Source: an uncultured virus (IMG/VR IMGVR_UViG_3300017991_000054) (taxonomy: Duplodnaviria > Heunggongvirae > Uroviricota > Caudoviricetes). Taken from it: a stretch of DNA of 64,000 bases. The DNA lies in the IMG/VR virus record IMGVR_UViG_3300017991_000054. One strand, written 5' to 3'. A program made the translations under genes and the position numbers. Positions 45,914-54,690 of the stretch are shown here, piece by piece (the stretch's first letter is position 1; every line of letters begins with the position of its first letter). The notes under the pieces were generated by a model that was not told where the DNA came from, did no database searches, and saw only the letters and a list, made by a program, of their open reading frames with translations.

Positions 45914-47368
45914 ATGAAAGAACTTTTGACAGAAGTCTATAGATCTACTAAAAAGATCTCGGGCATTGATCCTTCTAAGCCTGGTAACATGAAGAACGTC
46001 TTGGTAGACGATTCTGCATTCGATACCTATGTGACTTCACTTGCTGAGTCTATTGAAAACAAAAAAGATAGAGAAGCATTTGTTTCGCTAGCTGAGAATA
46101 CTCGTGTTAGCTTGCTAGAAAATTCAATGTTCCAAATCAACCCTTACGAAACTTTGACCCTTCCTATTCTTCGAGTTTTCTATCCAAAACTCGTAGCAAA
46201 AGAATTGATCACAGTTTCCCCAATGGACAAACCAGAAACAGTAAAGGCGTTCATCACCTCAACATTTAGACCTTCTAATAGCACGACAGATTATGCAGCT
46301 CCTGTAACACAGACTGACATTTCGAGTGGTCCTATTGTTGGTACACCTGTTGCGGCTACAATGCCTGTACCAAGCACGGGTTACGACGTTCTTGGAACCG
46401 TTTCTCCTGCAGTCGATAATACACAAGCTCACCTTGAAAGAGATTTCGAAATCACCGGCGTAAGTACAGACGGAACTGCCTGGACCGACGTATCCATCGT
46501 ACCCGCTGTTGAAGGTCACTTCTCTGCTAGTGTAACAATCGGCGCCAGCAGCGACGTAGTTTCTGGACAAGTTGACTATCTCAATGGTACAGTCGACGTT
46601 TCTAGTACAACTTCAGTTGTACAATTCGTAAGATATAAGGTTACCTTCTCCCTAGAAGAAAACCAAATCAATCCAAGTGTCCAACTCAGCGTAGACAAGG
46701 TGCGACTATACGCTAAGGACAGACAAATCTCGGCTAACTGGACGATCAATATGGAGCAGGACATGCGAGCTCTATTTGACCTCTCCATGCAAGCTGAAAT
46801 CGTCAACATTCTTGGACAACAAATCGCACTCGACATCGACAGAGAAATCGTTAACGCCCTAATCACTGCCAATGCGAGATTGAACTCTGCTAACCATACC
46901 GGAACATTCTCCCGCACAGCACCAGGTACATATACTTGGGGTGACAAGTATTGGCATGAAAACATCATCCCAGTTCTTAATCAGCTATCAGCTCAAGTAT
47001 ACACGGATACAAATATGGAATCCGCGAATACCATCGCTGCTAACCCACTAGATGTAGCTATTCTTGAAGACTTACAGGGCTTCAATTATACAGGGACATC
47101 AAGTGTGGACGGCGACATGGGCTACAGGAGTGCTACAGTAGCTGGCGGGAAGTGGAGAGTTCTAACATCAGCGGTTGTACCACAAGGCACAATGCTTTGC
47201 GTATACAAACCAGCGGAAGAGCTCAAGAGCGTGTACATTTATGCGCCCTATGTGCCAGCCGTATTACACCCTTACCCATTAGGGGCAACGCCTTCCCTAA
47301 CAATTCTAAGTCGTTATGCGACTGCGTTGATTAGGAGCAATGGTATTGCTGCTTGTACAATTACCTAA
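45914..47368 (+). CDS. Major capsid protein (T4 gp23-like)
   Basis: LPILRVFYPKLVAKELITVSPM, RQISANWT..MEQD, IALDIDREI, YIYAPYVP, LSRYA. Confidence 0.9.
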   Translation: MKELLTEVYRSTKKISGIDPSKPGNMKNVLVDDSAFDTYVTSLAESIENKKDREAFVSLAENTRVSLLENSMFQINPYETLTLPILRVFYPKLVAKELITVSPMDKPETVKAFITSTFRPSNSTTDYAAPVTQTDISSGPIVGTPVAATMPVPSTGYDVLGTVSPAVDNTQAHLERDFEITGVSTDGTAWTDVSIVPAVEGHFSASVTIGASSDVVSGQVDYLNGTVDVSSTTSVVQFVRYKVTFSLEENQINPSVQLSVDKVRLYAKDRQISANWTINMEQDMRALFDLSMQAEIVNILGQQIALDIDREIVNALITANARLNSANHTGTFSRTAPGTYTWGDKYWHENIIPVLNQLSAQVYTDTNMESANTIAANPLDVAILEDLQGFNYTGTSSVDGDMGYRSATVAGGKWRVLTSAVVPQGTMLCVYKPAEELKSVYIYAPYVPAVLHPYPLGATPSLTILSRYATALIRSNGIAACTIT

Positions 47369-47390
47369 TCGGTAAGTACTTAACAAACAT

Positions 47391-47429
47391 AATAAGTCCT
47401 CAACTTTCGGGTTGGGGACTTATTTTTTG
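47391..47429 (+). terminator. Rho-independent terminator after the capsid gene
   Basis: ATAAGTCCTCAAC-TTTCGG-GTTGGGGACTTAT then TTTTT. Confidence 0.75.
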
Positions 47430-47472
47430 TCGGTAACTTACAAATAAAGAACATATTCTAAAAGGAATATAG

Positions 47473-48303
47473 ATGAGTAAAGGAAATCCTCTAAGTAAAA
47501 GAAGAAAATGTAAACATAAGATTAAGGATGTTCCGTATGTAGAGTGTCCGTATTGTCCAAAGGGTAAAGATAACCAATTTAAAATGATACATTGGGGACA
47601 CTTGAAAAAGATACATAATAAAACATTAGACGATGTTCTTAGAGATTTTCCAAATATTCCAACAATGACAAAAGAAGAAGCAGATAAAAGAAGTAGAGTT
47701 CGAATAGAGTGTGACAAAAAAATTACCTCAACATGTCAGAAAAAATACGGCGGGGTAGGATATGGCAGTAAAGTCTTAGAAAAGAAAACACGAGAAGCGG
47801 TTAAGAAAAAATATGGCGTAAGAAATGTTATGAAGAACAAAAGAGTCTCTGGTAAATTCAAAGGAGATAATAATCCAATGAAAGACCCAGATATAGCTAA
47901 AAAATCCTCAGAAGGATTAAAGAAACATTTCAAAGAGAATGGACACCATTGTAAGGGTAAAACCTATGAAGAATTGTTAGGTCCAGAACGAGCAGCAGAA
48001 CGTATAGAAGAACTTCGTATATCTGGAGCAATTGGATGTTCAATGACCCCACGTATCTCAGCACCCCAAAAAGAACTCTTCACCCTAGTAAAAGAAGTAT
48101 ACCCAACAGCAGTCATGGAATATCCTGTCCTTGGTTTTTGTATAGATGTAGCTGTACCAGAACTTAAATTAGCATTTGAGTATGACGGGTCTTACTGGCA
48201 CGACGAAGAAAAAGACAAAAAAAGAGACGCCCTTCTAGAAGAGATGGGTTGGGAGACGATCCGTTTTGTGGACCATCTCCCACAGGAGATTCTAGAATCT
48301 TAA
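47473..48303 (+). CDS. Free-standing homing-type endonuclease (Vsr/DUF559-like C-terminus)
   Basis: CPYC..HLKKIH; KKKYGV, NNPMKD repeats; IDVAVPELKLAFEYDGSYWH...RD..L..MGW. Confidence 0.75.
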   Translation: MSKGNPLSKRRKCKHKIKDVPYVECPYCPKGKDNQFKMIHWGHLKKIHNKTLDDVLRDFPNIPTMTKEEADKRSRVRIECDKKITSTCQKKYGGVGYGSKVLEKKTREAVKKKYGVRNVMKNKRVSGKFKGDNNPMKDPDIAKKSSEGLKKHFKENGHHCKGKTYEELLGPERAAERIEELRISGAIGCSMTPRISAPQKELFTLVKEVYPTAVMEYPVLGFCIDVAVPELKLAFEYDGSYWHDEEKDKKRDALLEEMGWETIRFVDHLPQEILES

Positions 48304-48990
48304 AGCTCTAACCCAATCCACCAATGCAATCAGATCTTCTATATCTTTCCTATTACGAAATAAATGAAAGAATTTTCTATATTTTATTCTCCATGTTTGG
48401 ACGTTTTTAGTAATCAAAAGATCTATAATTCCCCCACCCAACCACTTCGCAATACATTTTTCAACGAAGTCTTCAATGTAGTTTCCTACAGCATAACGAT
48501 AGAAATAGTCTTCTTTCATTTCTTCTTTAATAGACTCCTCGTCAGTATCACACCAGTTAGCTATTCCTGATTTCATAGCATCTGGATCAGCTTTGTTGAA
48601 GATCTCATATATGACTTTTAAATCTTCTTTTGAGATATTCCCTATCATTTTTTCCGTCATTTCTATGAGAGGTCTTATTTCGCCAATATTCTCTTTGGAT
48701 CTTTCTGGTTGATGATTTTTATAACTTCCGTATAACTGACCACACCAACCTTTACCATCTTCCACTACACCTACTTTTTGCAATGCAAGACCAATAACTT
48801 TAACAGATTCTTTTCCCATATCTTTACATTTCAAAAGACGATGTATGGATAGTTTGGATACTTCAACTGGATCGATTGGTGGTCCGGACAGCCCAAGATA
48901 TTCTCTACTTTCGTAAAGAACACGTAATGGTCTAGTAGGTAGAATTCTTTCAAAGTCATTTGCTCCATATTCATGTTGTTCTAATTCCAT
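48292..48990 (-). CDS. Protein with RNA polymerase alpha-CTD-like HhH N-terminal domain
   Basis: LPTRPLRVL...SIHRLLKCKDMGKESVKVIGLAL. Confidence 0.5.
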   Translation of the reverse strand: MELEQHEYGANDFERILPTRPLRVLYESREYLGLSGPPIDPVEVSKLSIHRLLKCKDMGKESVKVIGLALQKVGVVEDGKGWCGQLYGSYKNHQPERSKENIGEIRPLIEMTEKMIGNISKEDLKVIYEIFNKADPDAMKSGIANWCDTDEESIKEEMKEDYFYRYAVGNYIEDFVEKCIAKWLGGGIIDLLITKNVQTWRIKYRKFFHLFRNRKDIEDLIALVDWVRALRF

Positions 48991-49132
48991 ATTTTATCCT
49001 CCTTAGTTTTGCGTAATAATCCTATTCAAGTAAGTAATATATATACTCACAGACGTAATAATGGATACAAAAAAAGAGCTTCCAGGTATTTCACTGGAAG
49101 CTCTTTTTTCCGTTGTACTAATAACCCTGTAC

Positions 49133-49510
49133 CTAAAACAAATGATGTTCCTGTTCCCAGTCCCATTCATTTACTTTAATTTGTCTCTTTGGTGACATTC
49201 TCTCATTGTCAAGACCCTGCTCAAACTCCTGACCAAATTTAGTCCGATCAAGTAGATTATGAAGCATCAGAAATCTAATAAGAGCCTTAATTCTAGTTAT
49301 TCCAATCCCATCAATCTTCAACAAATCATCAAGAGTCAACTCAGACAAGTCAGACCAATTCACATATCCAACTGCTCTTAAACTCTCTCGAATCGGTTTA
49401 GAGATTGGATGGGAAAATGGACTATGCCACAGAGCATCTTGATGAAGTCTGAATTCTCGAGCTAGTTTCTCAATTTGATATTTAGTCATTGACTTTGGTT
49501 TGTTACTCAT
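49133..49510 (-). CDS. Alpha-CTD-like/HhH protein
   Basis: GGAGG before ATG 49510; IRESLRAVGYVNWSDLSELTLDDLLKIDGIG. Confidence 0.55.
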   Translation of the reverse strand: MSNKPKSMTKYQIEKLAREFRLHQDALWHSPFSHPISKPIRESLRAVGYVNWSDLSELTLDDLLKIDGIGITRIKALIRFLMLHNLLDRTKFGQEFEQGLDNERMSPKRQIKVNEWDWEQEHHLF

Positions 49511-50089
49511 GATCCACCTCCAAGGCAGTTTTAACCAACCACCCTTTTTCGGTACTGTCAATCAAACTCCCAGTATGTACGCACCCAAACAAGAGAGCCG
49601 ACATCAACACGATTAAGATTATCCTTTTCATCCCGACCTCCTTAAGCCTCTATAAACAATGTTAATAAAGCTGTTTTATCCTTACTAAATAAAATCCTAA
49701 ACGCCGCCCTGATACCGAAGTATCGGGCGATTTTAAAAAAGTGCCACTTGGTAATTGTACCACCCATGATTCACCTCCGGTATTCAGGTTAATAATCCTA
49801 TAAGACTCAGTTCATAATATATATAGAATACTCATATATAATGGATACAAAAAAAAAGAGTACGGGGCGCCCTCTTCATGAAGCGTGCGACTTCAGAATT
49901 TTTTTGGAAGGTAAGGACGCCCCGTAAACTATTTTCGCCTGTTCTTTATTTCTCGAAATATTACGATAAACATTACACACAAAGAAAAGACAATGAATCT
50001 GCACCAAAACAGATGACATTCCACTTACCTCACCTTCCTTCCCTTCCTTGGGATTAGCGGCTCACCGGGGAAGATGAGCCGCCATGTTT

Positions 50090-50521
50090 CTAGTCTTCGT
50101 CCCAATTATCCGGATGTAACATGAGGTCAATAATATCCCTCTGGATTATTGGGTTGAATTCTTGATATAGAGTTCCAACTCTACAATTACGATGTTTGTC
50201 GTGTGAAGCTTTTGGATTCATGGTCCAACCTTCCTCATCGGAATCATGTTTAACCCAATCAACTTCAATTCCATAACCAAGGTCGGCGGTAACTCTCCTG
50301 ACATCATCGTCAGTAACAACACCGACCGCCATAATAGTTACAGTTTCGCTGCTGGCTCCAAACGCTTTGAGCGCTATTATGTCACCAATTTGGATACTCC
50401 GAAGTTGTTTATAAATTGCAGGAGCATCTTCTTCTTTCCATCCAACACACGCAACACCGGCGTCAACAAACTTGTTGACCATCCATTCGCCCCCATAGCG
50501 GGCGCCTAAACAATAAATCAT
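50090..50521 (-). CDS. McrB/Mrr N-terminal (PUA/EVE-like) domain protein
   Basis: ACVGW...IQIGDIIALK...AVGVVT...VDW. Confidence 0.5.
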   Translation of the reverse strand: MIYCLGARYGGEWMVNKFVDAGVACVGWKEEDAPAIYKQLRSIQIGDIIALKAFGASSETVTIMAVGVVTDDDVRRVTADLGYGIEVDWVKHDSDEEGWTMNPKASHDKHRNCRVGTLYQEFNPIIQRDIIDLMLHPDNWDED

Positions 50522-50665
50522 GATACCCTCCTAATCTTGGAGTAAAAATGTAAGAATGATAGGAATCTTTTATGATCCGACATAATATAATTTGTCGTTA
50601 TCTCAGGTTATTCCATGAAACCTGTATTGACACAACCCGCTAATATTGCGAGTACCTCCTTGCAT

Positions 50666-51022
50666 TTACGAAGGCGATGGAAAACCATACCGCCTATAAA
50701 CTTTAGCTTTCTCAAAAGCGTCTAATGACTTCCAAGCATTCCACTTTACAGAATCACCTTTATCATACTCATTTCCCTGACCAAAGAATGGATGGGTGCG
50801 AAGAGTTTTTCCGCACAATGAACATGCATGTCCATAGGGTCCATCAGTAATTCCAACCATACGAATCGGATTGCTATTACATGTTGCACCCCAACAATGT
50901 GTAAGTTTTACAATATCTTCTGCACATTCCGGACACATCTGAGCATCCAATAAACCCGGATTTTCAGGTCCAATCCAGCCGCACTTTGTGCAGCCCCAAA
51001 ATTGTATTCGCTTCATAAACAT
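50666..51022 (-). CDS. Cys-rich Zn-finger protein
   Basis: CTKC, CPEC, CSLC; AGGAGG RBS. Confidence 0.6.
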   Translation of the reverse strand: MFMKRIQFWGCTKCGWIGPENPGLLDAQMCPECAEDIVKLTHCWGATCNSNPIRMVGITDGPYGHACSLCGKTLRTHPFFGQGNEYDKGDSVKWNAWKSLDAFEKAKVYRRYGFPSPS

Positions 51023-51028
51023 AACCTC

Positions 51029-51286
51029 CTACTGAGTAGTTGCACCAGCTCCTTCCCCACCTGGAATGTCTGTAGGAACCGGGCTCATATTTTCTATATC
51101 CAAATGCCAGTGGCTGGTTTGTTGCCAAATTCTCAGAGTCCTTTGACAAGTTCTACATTGGAGTCTGACTTCTCCAGTTGTGATTTTATCAAACTTCTGC
51201 CAGGTACCACAGTCGCAAGTAAACTCAAACCCACCAAATGGCATAATACCCATAAAACGAAATAACATATCCCTTCCTCCTTCCAA
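51029..51286 (-). CDS. Small Zn-ribbon protein
   Basis: CDCG...CRTC. Confidence 0.5.
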   Translation of the reverse strand: MEGGRDMLFRFMGIMPFGGFEFTCDCGTWQKFDKITTGEVRLQCRTCQRTLRIWQQTSHWHLDIENMSPVPTDIPGGEGAGATTQ

Positions 51287-51400
51287 AATTTAGTCATGAG
51301 AATCCCCATCCGTAAAGTAATATATATAGAACAGTAATCCTTTTATGACGACAAAAAAAGAGCCGTCAACTGTAGTTGACGACCCTTCCAAAACAACCAT

Positions 51401-51982
51401 CTACCTTCCATGTTGGGCTAATCGGTCAGCCATTGAATTCTTTTCTCTTGGAACCCACTCGATTGTACAGTTTGGTATACAGGCGAGATCTCTCTTTATC
51501 TCGTCGTATATCAATTTAAGTTTCTCGTTTCTTACTTTCCAATTTCCATTGATTTGTTCAACCACGAGTTTACTATCCCCCTGAATATGTACACTCTGAA
51601 CCCCAAGGGTTTTCAAGGTAGCCACAAGCTCTCGAAGAGCTTTATATTCAGCAGCATTGTTTGTTTCAGTACCAATCGGTTCCGCACGCCTGGAAACCGT
51701 TTCCCCTTCGTCGTTGATAATCACATAACCAATCTGCGCAGGTCCGGGATTTCCTTTTGACGATCCATCGAACCATGCTTTGTATTCTCCTCCTTTTTTA
51801 ACACCTTCCGCCTTTTTATGAAACTCAGCTCCGCACTGATTAAGAAAAGAGCCAAGAAGAGTTACCATTTCAATATTACCTTTCCAACTGCTCCTGACCA
51901 GACTGTCGGCGATCCGTTGAGCCACCCCCTTGACATTCTCTGGATCATCCAACACTTCAACTCTTATTGGCGGTACTCGCAT
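51401..51982 (-). CDS. rnhA: Ribonuclease HI
   Basis: WFDGSSKGNPGPA, TNNAAEY, GDSKLVV, WVPREKNSMADRLA. Confidence 0.9.
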   Translation of the reverse strand: MRVPPIRVEVLDDPENVKGVAQRIADSLVRSSWKGNIEMVTLLGSFLNQCGAEFHKKAEGVKKGGEYKAWFDGSSKGNPGPAQIGYVIINDEGETVSRRAEPIGTETNNAAEYKALRELVATLKTLGVQSVHIQGDSKLVVEQINGNWKVRNEKLKLIYDEIKRDLACIPNCTIEWVPREKNSMADRLAQHGR

Positions 51983-52376
51983 CCGTTCCCTCCCATAGAA
52001 TGAAAATAGTTCCGATTTTTTTGAACTCAGGTAAGTATTCTATTTTGTCATCAATCATATGAGTCAAACCAAACTCCGCACATATCCTAGCTTTCGACGC
52101 CCACCAAACTTCATCTTTACACCACCACGTTTGTTTTTCATCTTGCCACATTTTTTCTCCGCAGTTACGAAGATAATCAACTACGGAAATAATTGTGGAG
52201 TAATGCACCCCCTGCATAATCTCCAGTTGTTCTAACTCTTCAACAATCTGGTCTTTTGGAGGTCCGGAGATAATAAACAATATATGACCCATTTTGGTCA
52301 TCAGGCGTAAATAAGGTTCAAAGAATTCAGGGTTTGCGTCAATTGTTCCGTGAACGTCCACTCCGATTATTGTCAA
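51957..52376 (-). CDS. HAD-superfamily hydrolase
   Basis: IGVDVHGTI, ISG, K, MIDD. Confidence 0.7.
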   Translation of the reverse strand: MTIIGVDVHGTIDANPEFFEPYLRLMTKMGHILFIISGPPKDQIVEELEQLEIMQGVHYSTIISVVDYLRNCGEKMWQDEKQTWWCKDEVWWASKARICAEFGLTHMIDDKIEYLPEFKKIGTIFILWEGTDASTANKS

Positions 52377-52379
52377 TTG

Positions 52380-53249
52380 TCACCTCCCAACAAGAACATG
52401 TCTTGGAACATTACAAGGATCCCTTCTCTTGAATTCACTCCTCTCTAGTCGTTGAATGATTGGATGGTTTTCATGCAGATTTCGCCTGGATAGATAATCA
52501 ATGATAATCATATCTGCAGTGGAATAACTATTGACTCCAATCTGTGCAAAATCGGAATCAGTAATTCCTAATCCGTCGGTAGGAATCGCATCATAACACG
52601 CTGCGATTGCGTTAGCTTCTTCTTGCGCATTTACTGGAGGTGTCCGATAGAGGTCAATGAGATATCCAGCAATTCCATACACCTCTGTTTTCCAGAGATT
52701 CTGAATAGAACCGTAGTTCCCAACATCACCATGTAATGTCCAGAAACCAAGGTAATACTCTGTAAGGTTATCGGTGGAAAGGACCATTCCGTCCAATTCG
52801 TGCGCTATATGAAATAACTGGATCATTCTCAATCTAGCCATAACATTCCCACGACGGACTTTATCGTCAAAGGTAAACGGTCCTCTTGGATCACTCTTAA
52901 TGTGCTCGAGTTCTGGCATTAATTGTCTGAATGCAACATCCATGCTGTGGACTTTAAAGTTGTCGCAAAACAACCTTCCCACATCAGCGACTCGATCTAA
53001 TTCAACAGCAATCTCTTCGGTTGTTCTAGCGCATTCAATTGGAAGATATCTTCCATAGATCCTGACGTGACGAACAGTATCAACAGCAGCTCTTGCAATG
53101 GCTACAGATACCATTGAATCAATCCCGCCGGATATTCCAATAATCAATTTTTGTATATTTTCCCGTCGCAGGTATTGAATCAAACACTCGACAGCGTTGT
53201 CATACATTTCTTTATGGTTGTCTCGTAAATCCCATTTCGATCTACCCAT
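52380..53249 (-). CDS. nadE: NH3-dependent NAD+ synthetase
   Basis: IGISGGIDS, GNVMARLRM, STDNLTEYYLGFWTLHGD, PTDGLG. Confidence 0.9.
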   Translation of the reverse strand: MGRSKWDLRDNHKEMYDNAVECLIQYLRRENIQKLIIGISGGIDSMVSVAIARAAVDTVRHVRIYGRYLPIECARTTEEIAVELDRVADVGRLFCDNFKVHSMDVAFRQLMPELEHIKSDPRGPFTFDDKVRRGNVMARLRMIQLFHIAHELDGMVLSTDNLTEYYLGFWTLHGDVGNYGSIQNLWKTEVYGIAGYLIDLYRTPPVNAQEEANAIAACYDAIPTDGLGITDSDFAQIGVNSYSTADMIIIDYLSRRNLHENHPIIQRLERSEFKRRDPCNVPRHVLVGR

Positions 53250-54432
53250 TCTCTTCCACCCCTTCAATCCCAAAAGTTCTTCGTATCGTTTTTTCAAATT
53301 CTGCATCTTCACACATACCCTTTCCTGAAGAATCAGATACCTTTGCCACAGGACCATCATTACACTCAACCATCTTAATGACGATTTTTGGAATTGGAAA
53401 CCCAAGGTCATTTGTCAAACTCGTTCCAATCCCAAATCCGGTTTTGATCTTAGAGTGAAAATACAGAAATAGATCAACAATCATTTCGAAAGACAAGCCG
53501 TCGCTAAATACAGCAAATTTAGTCAACGGGTCAATCTTGAGATCTTGATAATGCCTGATCAACCTGTTTCCCCACTCGTATGGATCACCAGAGTCATGTC
53601 GCGCACCATCAAACAGTTTAGAAAGGAATAAGTTGAAGTCATCGAAAAATGCATCCATCCCAACAATATCGGAAAGAGCAATTCCCAAATCTCCCTGATA
53701 TACCTCCGCCCAGGTCTTCAACGCTTCTTGCTGGAAATACTTAAGTTGTATTCCAACCTGCTGAAATAATTGTAACCAGAGGTGAGCCATTGTCCCATGA
53801 CATGGAAGATCATACAACATAGCATAAAGCATATTAGAAGTTCCGGTGAAGAAGTCTTCTTTTATCATTCTGCCAATAACTTGCTCATGCCAAGTTGGTG
53901 ACCATGCACGTCTTGTTCCAAAGTCGGTAATCCTTAATTGTCGGAGAAGATCTCGATGGATTCGACTTTTGACGTAGGCGATTTTATCCTCTAGTCTTTT
54001 CTTCCCCTCGATAAATGGAAACTCACCATGTTCCTCTCGGTGGATACATGATATCATCCGGAGGGTTGGTACTTCAAACCAAATCACAGATGATAACGGT
54101 CCATAAATGTCGACACAGAGACGTCCATCCGGACAAAGATAAGTCTGGATATGATCCCGGTTTGGTTGAAACATCCTTAGGTGCTCCAGGTAAAAGGGTT
54201 CTGTATATCGCAAATCCCAAATCCAATCTAGTTCCATACGATTGAATCGAAGATCACAAAACGCATCTAATTCCTCATTCAATCTCCCTAGTTTCTTGTC
54301 GTTAAAAACGACATCGTCTCCTCTGTCCTTGTATTTAAACCTCGCCATGGCGTTTGGTTGTTTTCGAAGGATGGCTTGACACATACTAAGGATATACTGG
54401 TCCGTGTCCATCAGGCTTTTTATTATTGGCAT
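53242..54432 (-). CDS. pncB: Nicotinate phosphoribosyltransferase
   Basis: SLMDTDQY, DFGTRR, GTSN, GTMAH, RHDSGDP, FSDGL, FGIGT, AKVSDSSGK. Confidence 0.92.
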   Translation of the reverse strand: MPIIKSLMDTDQYILSMCQAILRKQPNAMARFKYKDRGDDVVFNDKKLGRLNEELDAFCDLRFNRMELDWIWDLRYTEPFYLEHLRMFQPNRDHIQTYLCPDGRLCVDIYGPLSSVIWFEVPTLRMISCIHREEHGEFPFIEGKKRLEDKIAYVKSRIHRDLLRQLRITDFGTRRAWSPTWHEQVIGRMIKEDFFTGTSNMLYAMLYDLPCHGTMAHLWLQLFQQVGIQLKYFQQEALKTWAEVYQGDLGIALSDIVGMDAFFDDFNLFLSKLFDGARHDSGDPYEWGNRLIRHYQDLKIDPLTKFAVFSDGLSFEMIVDLFLYFHSKIKTGFGIGTSLTNDLGFPIPKIVIKMVECNDGPVAKVSDSSGKGMCEDAEFEKTIRRTFGIEGVEENG

Positions 54433-54682
54433 TCTCGAGCTCCTTGTCCAGTTTGTTTAGCGATTTTAGTACAGAAGCCATGTGATGTAAGATCATTCGT
54501 TGGATATGAATGACCATCCACAGTTCCAATCTCTTTGGTTTTTCCCCTTCCCCTTTTGTCAAAAGGTGATCAATTTCATATTGAAGTCTCGACACCTCTT
54601 CCCAGTCTTTTGCGTCAATAAAGATTTTCTGAGCTTCTTTGAGTTGTTCGATCTGACCCATTAGCCACCTCCAGAATCGCAT
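54386..54682 (-). CDS. Hypothetical protein
   Basis: GGAGG RBS, 98 aa. Confidence 0.45.
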   Translation of the reverse strand: MRFWRWLMGQIEQLKEAQKIFIDAKDWEEVSRLQYEIDHLLTKGEGEKPKRLELWMVIHIQRMILHHMASVLKSLNKLDKELENANNKKPDGHGPVYP

Positions 54683-54690
54683 ACACCCTC

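Noticed and set aside
53250..53411. N-terminal 54 aa of the NadE ORF
   Set aside because: Overlaps pncB; ATG at 53249 next to the pncB stop is more plausible
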